Assembly: GCA_963727865.1 (NCBI GenBank)
Contig: CAVSHY010000026.1
Span: forward strand, 54,327-118,326
DNA from: an uncultured delta proteobacterium
Lineage (GTDB): Bacteria; Desulfobacterota; GWC2-55-46
Direction: 5' to 3'
DNA: 64,000 bases
Shown here: piece by piece, positions 29,605-40,344 of the stretch
Layout of the letters: every line of letters begins with the position of its first letter
Numbering within the stretch: the first letter of the stretch is position 1
Made by a program: the position numbers and the translations under genes
The notes under the pieces: model-generated
What the model was told of the DNA's origin: nothing
Seen by the model: the letters and a program-made list of their open reading frames with translations, nothing else
Database searches by the model: none

Positions 29605-30009
29605 ATGGTTGGGGCGATAATAATAACGCACGGAAGTCTCGCGGGAAGTCTCCTCGAAGTGGCGGAGTCGATAGCCGGCAGGATGGAGAACGTTAAGATC
29701 GTGTCGATAAAGAATTCTGATACGACAGAGAGTATAAGAAATACGCTTGCTTCGTTTGTAAAGGAAGTGAACCGCGGCAAAGGGGTTGTTATTTTTACGG
29801 ATATGTTCGGCGGCACGCCCTCCAATATCGCGCTGTCGATGCTGGAAGTGGGTAAGGTTGAGATTTTAACGGGTGTGAACCTCCCAATAATTCTCAAATT
29901 TGTAAACTACAGGGCCGATAAACAGCTTAAGGAACTCGCGTTGCTCCTGAAGGAATACGGACAGAAAAGCATTGTGCTTGCCGGAGACATGCTTAAGGAG
30001 ACTAAATAA
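29605..30009 (+). CDS. PTS mannose-family EIIA component
   Basis: It has MVGAIIITHGSLAGSLLE, with His near position 9-10, typical of EIIA-Man. Confidence 0.85.
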   Translation: MVGAIIITHGSLAGSLLEVAESIAGRMENVKIVSIKNSDTTESIRNTLASFVKEVNRGKGVVIFTDMFGGTPSNIALSMLEVGKVEILTGVNLPIILKFVNYRADKQLKELALLLKEYGQKSIVLAGDMLKETK

Positions 30010-30024
30010 TTAATCCGGGAAACC

Positions 30025-30301
30025 TGAAAATGCATAGCTCATCACCCTGCCCGCAGAAAAGCTCTGCGGTAAGAGCGAATAGAATTTTTAAAGTCCTACG
30101 CGAGACGCTTCTCCTTGACAGGCGCCCCATGAAGGACTCTGAAAAAGGGCTATGATAGTCGTCGCTCTTTTTTAGGCGTCACATGAAGGATATTTTTAAC
30201 GTCCTTCGCGAAACGCCGCTTATTTTCAGGTTCTCCATAAAGGACTCTGGAAAAACTTACATTTTGAAGATTAAGCGCGGCTTGCCGCGCTTAATCTTCA
30301 A
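30025..30301 (+). repeat. Modular intergenic repeat, long copy C (two internal units; perfect 16-bp-arm terminal palindrome)
   Basis: The left module starts at 30025. The terminal palindrome GAAGATTAAGCGCGGC-TT-GCCGCGCTTAATCTTC spans 30266-30299. Confidence 0.9.
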
Positions 30302-30326
30302 AAGAAAATACCTTTCCGCCGATCCT

Positions 30327-30800
30327 ATGATTATTCTTGTACGAGTTGATGACCGTTTGCTCCACGGCCAGATTGTATGCGCCTGGGTCCCTTTTATCAA
30401 GGCCGATGCCCTTATCGTCGCTTCCGACGAGGCGGCCGGCGACAGCATGGCGAGTGAAATTATGTCTTCCTGCGGATATAAGGGCCTCAATGTTACGGTA
30501 AAGAGTATCGAAGATGTGGAAAAAGATACAGCCGTGGGCATGAACAACCGCTCGAGGGCGATTCTCATCGTAGGCGATCTCAAGGACGCCATGAAAATTT
30601 ATGATTCGGGAACGCGGTTTTCTTCGTTGAATATCGGGAATATCCATCACGAGGAAAACGGCAGGATGGTCAGCCCCTCGGTTATAGTCAATAAAGAGGA
30701 TGACGAGATTATAGAGAGGTTTGCGGATTTAGGCGTAAGGATCGATATACGCGACGTGCCGACAAGCGCTGGGACGGTTTATGTAAGGAGGAAAAGATGA
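30327..30800 (+). CDS. PTS mannose-family EIIB component
   Basis: MIILVRVDDRLLHGQIV is the canonical EIIB-Man N-terminus. The upstream in-frame extension to 30183 is repeat sequence. Confidence 0.85.
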   Translation: MIILVRVDDRLLHGQIVCAWVPFIKADALIVASDEAAGDSMASEIMSSCGYKGLNVTVKSIEDVEKDTAVGMNNRSRAILIVGDLKDAMKIYDSGTRFSSLNIGNIHHEENGRMVSPSVIVNKEDDEIIERFADLGVRIDIRDVPTSAGTVYVRRKR

Positions 30801-31531
30801 TCGGGAATATGCTGCTCCGTTCCGTAACCCTGTCTCTCGCCGGCGGCGCCCTTGCCCTGGACAGAACCGCGGCCTTCCAGATAATGGTATCAAGGCCGAT
30901 AGTTACGGGCCCGGTAATAGGATTTATCATGGGGAACCCCATGCTGGGCCTTGCTGTAGGCGTAATTCTGGAGATTCTTTTTATAGGAGACCTCCCGGTC
31001 GGGAGTCACATTCCCGTGCATGAGACTGATCTTACGGTGATAATTACCGCCTTGATAACGGTTGCACTTGAGGCTTTGAGCGCGCGGGGTATCCATAATA
31101 CCGGGCGGTCATGGTTTTTCGGGGCGACGCTTCTTATCCCGCCGGTTTTACTTCTGACGATGCCCGTGAACAAGGTCTATGAGAAAGCTGACGAGCTAAC
31201 AAGAAAATTTAACGCGAGGTTTTTTAATTTTGCGGCACGTTCCCTTGAAAACGGGCTTCCCGTGGATCTCATGCTGGAAAACATGAAAGGGCTGGTCCTG
31301 TTTTTCACGGCCAACGCGCTTACGCTTTTTATTACCATTTTCCCTCTTATGGTAGCCGCGTACTATATAGGTTCGGTCGTAACGTTACCGTTTTTCATGT
31401 ATTCGGCTTTCGCGGGGTGCGTAATCCTCGGGGCCGCTTCTGTGTTAAATGCCGTTCATACTGAAAAGAGCGTTATTATCTTTTCAATCACCGGAGCCGG
31501 CGCCGCGCTTTTCTGGATAGTATGGGGATGA
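30797..31531 (+). CDS. PTS mannose-family EIIC component
   Basis: It is a polytopic membrane protein, is translationally coupled (ATGA overlap) and has the gene order IIA-IIB-IIC-IID. Confidence 0.8.
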   Translation: MIGNMLLRSVTLSLAGGALALDRTAAFQIMVSRPIVTGPVIGFIMGNPMLGLAVGVILEILFIGDLPVGSHIPVHETDLTVIITALITVALEALSARGIHNTGRSWFFGATLLIPPVLLLTMPVNKVYEKADELTRKFNARFFNFAARSLENGLPVDLMLENMKGLVLFFTANALTLFITIFPLMVAAYYIGSVVTLPFFMYSAFAGCVILGAASVLNAVHTEKSVIIFSITGAGAALFWIVWG

Positions 31532-32301
31532 TTAAAACCAGCTCCATGATAAAGGTCTTTCTCGGCTCTTTTTTCATACAGGCGTCCTGGAGTTTTGAAA
31601 AAATGCAGGGCCTTGGTTTCGCGGCCGCGATCTCCCCGGCCATTAAGGAGATGTTCAAGGGGGCGGAAAGCGCTTCGGCGGCGAAGAGGCACCTTGCCTT
31701 TTATAACGCCCATCCGTATATGGCGTCCCCGGTCCTGGGCGCGGCGATAAGGCTGGAGGAGAAGGGTAAGGCCGGAGAACGCGAGCCTGCGGCGAGCGTT
31801 AGGTTTAAGACAATGGTGATGGGCCCTTACGGAGCGCTCGGGGATTCGTTTTTCTGGGGGGCGGTTCGTCCGCTCGCTTCACTCCTTGGGGTTCTGACGG
31901 CGGCGCTCTGGGGCCTCTGGGGCCCTCTTGTATTTCTCGCCGTTTATAATGTTTTTCACCTCTGGATGAGGTGGAGAGGCCTTGTTAAAGGCTACGAACT
32001 CGGCGAGGGCGTGGTCGGGTACATTAAATCACTGGAGCTTCCGAAATGGTCGATAAGGCTAAAGAATATTACCGCGGTTGTTTTAGGGATATATTTCGCG
32101 CTCGCCGCGATAAATTTAACGCGGCCGGTTGTCGCCGTGAGAGGTTTAACATATGTTTCCGTCTGGACCTTTGCGGGGGCCGTTCTGATGTTTGCCGCGG
32201 CCATTTTTTTAAATATGCTTTTTAAAAAAGGGGCCACCGTCGCCAGGCTAATTTACCTTGTGGTGCCCTCTTTAATCTTATACGGAATAATAGCGGGCTG
32301 A
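31522..32301 (+). CDS. PTS mannose-family EIID component
   Basis: FFIQASWSFEKMQGLGF and FYNAHPYMASPVLG are typical of ManZ-like IID. Confidence 0.85.
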   Translation: MGMIKTSSMIKVFLGSFFIQASWSFEKMQGLGFAAAISPAIKEMFKGAESASAAKRHLAFYNAHPYMASPVLGAAIRLEEKGKAGEREPAASVRFKTMVMGPYGALGDSFFWGAVRPLASLLGVLTAALWGLWGPLVFLAVYNVFHLWMRWRGLVKGYELGEGVVGYIKSLELPKWSIRLKNITAVVLGIYFALAAINLTRPVVAVRGLTYVSVWTFAGAVLMFAAAIFLNMLFKKGATVARLIYLVVPSLILYGIIAG

Positions 32302-32343
32302 CGACATATAGTTCATTAATAAACAGAAAGAGGTAGAGGGAAG

Positions 32344-32622
32344 ATGCAGGAACCGGTAACAAAGAAGTTCATCATCAAAAATAAATTGGGCCTCCACGCG
32401 CGTGCGGCGTCCCAATTCGTGCGGATAGCCAATGCGTACAATTCCGATATCATTGTTCAGAAGAATTCTCAGGAGGTTAACGGAAAAAGCATCATGGGTA
32501 TCCTTATACTTGCCGCCGCGAAGGGGGCGGAGATTACCGTAAAGGCCGTGGGAAGTGACGCGACCCAGGCGGTAGATGCCCTCGGAGAGCTCATAAACGC
32601 AGGGTTTGGAGAGGAAGATTGA
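32344..32622 (+). CDS. ptsH: Phosphocarrier protein HPr
   Basis: It has the NKLGLHARAASQFV (His15) and NGKSIMGIL (Ser46) motifs. Confidence 0.93.
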   Translation: MQEPVTKKFIIKNKLGLHARAASQFVRIANAYNSDIIVQKNSQEVNGKSIMGILILAAAKGAEITVKAVGSDATQAVDALGELINAGFGEED

Positions 32623-34394
32623 TGTCTGATTCAAAGAAACAGGTAATACTCATGAAAGGCATAGGCGTTTCCTCCGGGATCGTCATCGGGAAAGCCTATC
32701 TTCTTGAGAGAAGGGCCGTTGAGCCGGCGCACTACTGCTATATCGACAAGGCGGATGCGGAAAAGGAGATCGAAAGGTTTAAAAACGCCTTAAAAGAGTC
32801 GAGAGAGCAGCTCACGCGCATAAAAAAGAAGATGGAGGAGGATAAACGCGGCAAAGAGCATATCCGTATCATAGACGCGCATCTGATGATACTTAAAGAC
32901 CATATGCTCATAAACGATACGATAAAGATTATAAGGGAAGAGAAGATCAACTCGGAGTGGGCGCTTAAGAACGTGTTGAAGGCCCTTATGGAATACTTTA
33001 ATAAGATAGATGACGAGTACCTCAGGGAAAGGAGCACGGATGTAGAGCATATCTTTAACAGGGTCCTCATAAACCTGATGGGCAGGAAGCACGAGACCAT
33101 CTCCGAGATAAAGGAGCCTTCGATAGTAGTCGCCCATGACCTTGCGCCTACCGATACGGCCCAGATGGTCAAGGGGATGGTACTGGGGTTCTTAACGGAT
33201 GTTGGTGGTATAACATCCCATACGGCGATAATGTCGAGGTCACTGGAGATCCCCGCGATCATGGGCCTTGAGACTATAACCCGTAAGGTTGAAACCAATG
33301 ATACCTTGATCGTGGACGGGACCACGGGCACCGTCATAATAAATCCGTCAGAGAGCGTAATAGACGTCTATAAAAAAAGGATTGAAAGGTATAAGGACTA
33401 CGGAAGAGCGCTTCTCCATTACAGGGACCTCCCCTCCGAGACAACCGACGGCCGGAGGGTAAGGCTCATGGGCAATATGGAGATGATCGAAGAGATAGAT
33501 TCGCTCCGCGACCACGGGGCGGAAGGCATAGGGCTCTACAGGACTGAATTCCTCTATTTAAACCGGAAAGATCTCCCCACCGAGGAAGAACACCTGAAGG
33601 CGTACAAACAGGTCGTAAAAAGGATGTCTCCGAATCCGGTCATAATAAGGACTCTCGATATAGGCGGAGACAAGTCTTTTACGCACGCGGATCTTGCCGA
33701 TGAGACGAACCCCGCCATGGGTTTAAGGGCCATAAGGTTCTGTCTTAAAAATACCGATATATTTAAAGTCCAGTTAAGAGGAATACTCCGCGCGAGCGCC
33801 AACGGAAAAATAAAGGTCATGTTCCCGATGATCTCGGGTATAGACGAGATCAGGCTCGCCAAGGCCCTTCTTGAAGACGCCAAGGCGGAACTTAAGGCCG
33901 AAGGCAAACCCTTTGACCCCGGGATAGAGGTCGGGGTAATGATAGAGGTGCCTTCGGCGGCGATCATCGCCGACCTTATCGTAAAGGAAGTCGACTTTAT
34001 ATCAATCGGCACAAACGACCTCCTTCAGTATTCCCTCGCCATAGACAGGGTAAACGAGCACGTGGCTTACCTCTACGAACCTTTTCATCCCGCGGTCTTG
34101 AGGATCATAAAAACCGTCGCCGATGCCGCGAACAAGGCAGGGGTCAGTGTCGGCGTCTGCGGCGAGATGGCCGGAGAGCCCGAGTACGCCCTCATCCTTC
34201 TCGGTTTCGGCCTTAATAATCTGAGCATGAACGCCTTTTCCATATTAAGGGTAAAGAGGCTCATAAGGTCGGTAAGCTACGCGGAAGCAAAAAAAATATG
34301 CAAGACTATTCTTGGATTCGCCACCGCAAAGGATGTCGAATCCTTTATAAGCTCGAAGATGCCGGAATTATACAAGGAAGAGTTCTTGCTCTGA
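32619..34394 (+). CDS. ptsI: Phosphoenolpyruvate-protein phosphotransferase (Enzyme I)
   Basis: It has the GGITSHTAIMSRSLEIPA phospho-His motif and a PEP-utilising C-terminal domain. Confidence 0.95.
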   Translation: MMSDSKKQVILMKGIGVSSGIVIGKAYLLERRAVEPAHYCYIDKADAEKEIERFKNALKESREQLTRIKKKMEEDKRGKEHIRIIDAHLMILKDHMLINDTIKIIREEKINSEWALKNVLKALMEYFNKIDDEYLRERSTDVEHIFNRVLINLMGRKHETISEIKEPSIVVAHDLAPTDTAQMVKGMVLGFLTDVGGITSHTAIMSRSLEIPAIMGLETITRKVETNDTLIVDGTTGTVIINPSESVIDVYKKRIERYKDYGRALLHYRDLPSETTDGRRVRLMGNMEMIEEIDSLRDHGAEGIGLYRTEFLYLNRKDLPTEEEHLKAYKQVVKRMSPNPVIIRTLDIGGDKSFTHADLADETNPAMGLRAIRFCLKNTDIFKVQLRGILRASANGKIKVMFPMISGIDEIRLAKALLEDAKAELKAEGKPFDPGIEVGVMIEVPSAAIIADLIVKEVDFISIGTNDLLQYSLAIDRVNEHVAYLYEPFHPAVLRIIKTVADAANKAGVSVGVCGEMAGEPEYALILLGFGLNNLSMNAFSILRVKRLIRSVSYAEAKKICKTILGFATAKDVESFISSKMPELYKEEFLL

Positions 34395-34432
34395 TTTGCC
34401 GTTCCGTGGACGTAAAAAAAATAAAAAATTAT

Positions 34433-34461
34433 TTGACAATTCAAACGAAAGACTAAATAAT
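34433..34461 (+). promoter_or_regulatory. Candidate sigma70 promoter of metK
   Basis: TTGACA (34433-34438), a 17-nt spacer and AATAAT. The leader is too short for a riboswitch. Confidence 0.45.
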
Positions 34462-34504
34462 ATAAAATTCTTTTAGAGCCTTATCTTAAAAAGGAGGGGG
34501 AATA

Positions 34505-37019
<2,515 letters not shown>

Positions 37020-37051
37020 GTAATTTTCTTGCCGGTAACGGCGCGCTTAAA

Positions 37052-37082
37052 GGCGGGGTCAGCTTTGACCCCGCCTTTTTCT
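37052..37082 (+). terminator. Rho-independent terminator after ahcY
   Basis: GGCGGGGTC-AGCTTT-GACCCCGCC forms a 9-bp GC-rich stem followed by TTTTTCTT. Confidence 0.85.
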
Positions 37083-37630
37083 TGGAAAATAAAAAAAAGA
37101 AGTTGCAAGTATTTGATATGCCTTGATTTTTATCCTATTGAAGATCTTATTAAAAATCTTTACTTACGGCGGCCATTATGTTAGAGATATAGTAACTAAT
37201 TTTGCGGTTCCGGGCTATTTACATCGGTATATTTTTAGGAAGGTTAGCGTCAAAATAATTTTTTTAACAGCCCTCCATGGGTCTTAAGGCAAACCGTGGT
37301 TCGGACCTATATGGCAAGAATAGCTATTTTAACTGGAGGAGATAGAAGTTATCTCGCTTGGTAAAGTAGGGGATCTCCCGGATAAACGCGGGTTTTGAGC
37401 TCCGAGCGGCCTTAACTTTCAAATAACGAAACCCTTCAGGAATCGTTTCTCTTAGAGATCATCCATTCAATATAAAAGATGTTGGAAAAAACAAAAATTG
37501 CGTCTTATATGTCTGGTATTGGGAAAATAAGGCGTATATGTATGCGTTTTAATTCCGGCATTAAATCCGATAGCGCCCAGGGCGTCCCTGCTCCTATTGC
37601 GCTCGCCCGGTCCTCTCGGAAGGATACAAC

Positions 37631-39673
37631 GTGGCAAATAGAGACGTAAAAAAAGAGCGTTTAAAGGAATTTCTCGCCGAGGCCGAAGATATCCTCAATT
37701 CCATGGGTAAGGGCCTCCTTAAGCTTGGTAAGGGCATTAAGGCGGGTATAATAGATCCTGCGGTCCTGAACAGCATATTCCGTTCCGCGCATACCATGAA
37801 GGGCATGTCAGGGGTTTTCGATTTCACTGAGATGACGACCCTCAGCCATTCTCTTGAGGATACCCTTGATCTATTGAGAATGGGCAGGATCCTTTTAACG
37901 GACGAGGTCCTGGACTGCGTCATGTCAGCCCACGAGCTTCTCGTAAGGATAGTGGCTTCGAGGGGTGGAAATGATTTTACTGAGGAAATCGAAAACATAA
38001 AGGGCAGACTCGGCAAGAGCTGCCAGGTAAAAAAGGCTAAAATAAAAGAGGAGATCGATAAAGAACTCCTCTCGGTTCTTACAGAGTATGAAGAGCACAG
38101 GTTCAGGGAGAACCTGAGAGAGGGCAGGAACGTCTTTATGGTAAACGCGGGTTTTCCAATCACGAACTTTGATAAAGGTTATGTCGCGCTTACCGAGCTT
38201 CTTAAGACCGAATCCGAAGTGATAGCGACGCTGCCGTCTTCGAGATCAAGCCGCGAGTTGCTTTTTTTTGATCTGCTTACAGGCACGGTCAGGGATAAGG
38301 ATTTTATCCTTAAACTTGTTAAAGATTCAGCCGAGGCTGACATAAAGGTAATTTCAGAAGCCGCCGCCAGACCCAATGATTCCAGGCCAGAACCCGCGCC
38401 TGAGATCATAAAGACAAAGGACCGCCGCCCCGCCCCGCCTCCCGGAGTGACCTTGCGCAGGGTAGGCAATACCGTCAGGGTAAATATAAGCAAGCTCGAA
38501 AACATAATGAATATCGTAAGCGAACTGGGCATTTTAAAAAACAGCATTACCTCGCTGAGCGCTGAACTTAAAAACCATGCTGAATTCTCGGCTTTCGGCG
38601 TTCAACTCTCAAGGACCGAGAGGCTCCTGGACAGGAAATTGAGCGAGCTGAGGGACAGCGTCCTTGATGTGAGAATGGTGCCGATAGGGCAGCTCTTCTC
38701 CAGGTTCGAGACTTTTATAGATAAGCTCTCCAGGGAGACCAATAAAGAGATCAGGATGGCCACGTACGGAGATGAAACCGAACTTGACAAGCTGATTATC
38801 GAAGAGATAGCGGACCCGCTGATGCATATTATAAGAAATGTCGTAGACCACGGCATAGAGCCCTTCGCCGTGAGAGACGCCCTTGGCAAACCCCGCTCAG
38901 GCACAATTACCTTGAGCGCGTACCAGAAGGGCAACCACGTCGTTGTCGAGGTAAAGGATGACGGCGCTGGAATTGACGAGGATTTTGTAAAAGAAAAGGC
39001 CGTCGAAAAGGGCATTGTCGCAAGGGATTACGTTAAAGAATTGTCGAGGCAGGAAACGCTTGAACTTTTGTTTATGCCGGGGTTCTCTACAAGGGACGCG
39101 GTCAGTGAAATATCCGGCAGGGGCGTGGGGATGGATGTCGTAAAAGAGAACATTACAAGGCTCTCCGGCGTCATAGATATCGAGACCGTAAAAGGCAAGG
39201 GCACAAGGTTTATACTCACGATCCCGATAACGCTCGCGATAATACAGGCCCTTATCGTGGAGGATGCAGGGGAACGCTACGCGGTGCCTTTGAACTCGGT
39301 CATGGAGATTATTGAGTTAACCCCTGGCTCCCATAATTGTCTTGACTCCGATAACTGCCGGGAGGCTATAACAGTAAACGATAGAAGTGTGCCCGCCGTG
39401 CGGCTTTCAAAATTTTTCGGAAAAGAACCGCAGGATAACAATGGCGTCTCCTATGGGATTATAGCGGGACTCGCCGAACACAGGCTCTGCATAACCGTGG
39501 AACGTCTTGTCGAGGAACTGGACGTCGTTATAAAGCCGCTATCAAAGATGCTCAAGGTTCCAGGGATAGCGGGGGCTACTGATATGGGTGATAAAGGCAC
39601 AATGCTTGTAGTCGATGTTACCGGGATTCTGGATGAGACCTTGATGGAAAGAAAGTCTCTCTTAAAGGCCTGA
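37631..39673 (+). CDS. cheA: Chemotaxis histidine kinase CheA
   Basis: It has an Hpt domain (FRSAHTMKGMSG), an HATPase domain (DDGAGID, GRGVGMD) and a C-terminal CheW-like domain. The GTG start has GGAAGGA upstream. Confidence 0.92.
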   Translation: MANRDVKKERLKEFLAEAEDILNSMGKGLLKLGKGIKAGIIDPAVLNSIFRSAHTMKGMSGVFDFTEMTTLSHSLEDTLDLLRMGRILLTDEVLDCVMSAHELLVRIVASRGGNDFTEEIENIKGRLGKSCQVKKAKIKEEIDKELLSVLTEYEEHRFRENLREGRNVFMVNAGFPITNFDKGYVALTELLKTESEVIATLPSSRSSRELLFFDLLTGTVRDKDFILKLVKDSAEADIKVISEAAARPNDSRPEPAPEIIKTKDRRPAPPPGVTLRRVGNTVRVNISKLENIMNIVSELGILKNSITSLSAELKNHAEFSAFGVQLSRTERLLDRKLSELRDSVLDVRMVPIGQLFSRFETFIDKLSRETNKEIRMATYGDETELDKLIIEEIADPLMHIIRNVVDHGIEPFAVRDALGKPRSGTITLSAYQKGNHVVVEVKDDGAGIDEDFVKEKAVEKGIVARDYVKELSRQETLELLFMPGFSTRDAVSEISGRGVGMDVVKENITRLSGVIDIETVKGKGTRFILTIPITLAIIQALIVEDAGERYAVPLNSVMEIIELTPGSHNCLDSDNCREAITVNDRSVPAVRLSKFFGKEPQDNNGVSYGIIAGLAEHRLCITVERLVEELDVVIKPLSKMLKVPGIAGATDMGDKGTMLVVDVTGILDETLMERKSLLKA

Positions 39674-39715
39674 CAGCCAACTCTTTAAGAACTCCGTCCT
39701 TCTAAATGGACAAAG

Positions 39716-40258
39716 ATGTTTGAAAAAAAGACGGGTAAAACGCACGGTGAGGAAATTATTGAGGCGGTTAAAGAGACCATCGCGCCTGCCGATGACAATC
39801 ATACCGGGGGTCTTGAGAAAACATCGAACAATGAAAAGCTTCAGATAGTATCTTTCTTTCTTGATACCTTTGAGTATGCGCTCGAAGTCACGGATGCGGT
39901 AGAGGTTTTAAAACCGGCCCCCCTTACGGCGGTACCCCGGACCCCGGACTTTATAAAAGGCATACTTTCCGTAAGGGGCGAGGTGGTGCCTGTCATAGAC
40001 CTTAAAAAAAGGCTGGGCAGAGGGTTTTCCGGCGATAATAAAGGCAGGATATTAATAACCGCTATCCACGACCTGAAGGCAGGTTTTATTGTAGACAGAA
40101 TGTCAGGTATCCAGGAGATTCCTGTTAATTCCGTAGACAGTGCTATAGAATTTGAATCGACGCTTCCCTGGTCTTTTTTGAAGGGGATTATACGCTTAAA
40201 GAACAGGAACATAGGCCTCCTTGACCTCGGCAGGCTTATTGATTTATCGGTTGCGTAG
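39716..40258 (+). CDS. cheW: Chemotaxis coupling protein CheW
   Basis: It has the CheW domain sequence (IVSFFLDTFEYALEV...VPRTPDFIKGILSVRGEVVPVIDL). Confidence 0.9.
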   Translation: MFEKKTGKTHGEEIIEAVKETIAPADDNHTGGLEKTSNNEKLQIVSFFLDTFEYALEVTDAVEVLKPAPLTAVPRTPDFIKGILSVRGEVVPVIDLKKRLGRGFSGDNKGRILITAIHDLKAGFIVDRMSGIQEIPVNSVDSAIEFESTLPWSFLKGIIRLKNRNIGLLDLGRLIDLSVA

Positions 40259-40344
40259 AGTTATGGATAAGTCAGGATCAAAAAAATGCCGATAAATATC
40301 CCTGATATACGCCGTGAACGCACCCTGGAAAAACCGGACGCTCT

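Noticed and set aside
30183-30326. An in-frame N-terminal extension of PTS EIIB (MKDIFNVLRETPLIFRFSIKDSGKTYILKIKRGLPRLIFK...).
   Set aside because: The extension is repeat copy C sequence read in frame. The canonical EIIB-Man N-terminus (MIILVRVDDRLLHGQ) starts at 30327.
34395-34504. A SAM riboswitch upstream of metK, and an SAH riboswitch upstream of ahcY (35669-35762).
   Set aside because: The metK leader after the candidate promoter is only about 40 nt and AT-rich. The metK-ahcY spacer aligns to the minimal repeat form and lacks the SAH-riboswitch pseudoknot consensus as far as I can judge by eye.
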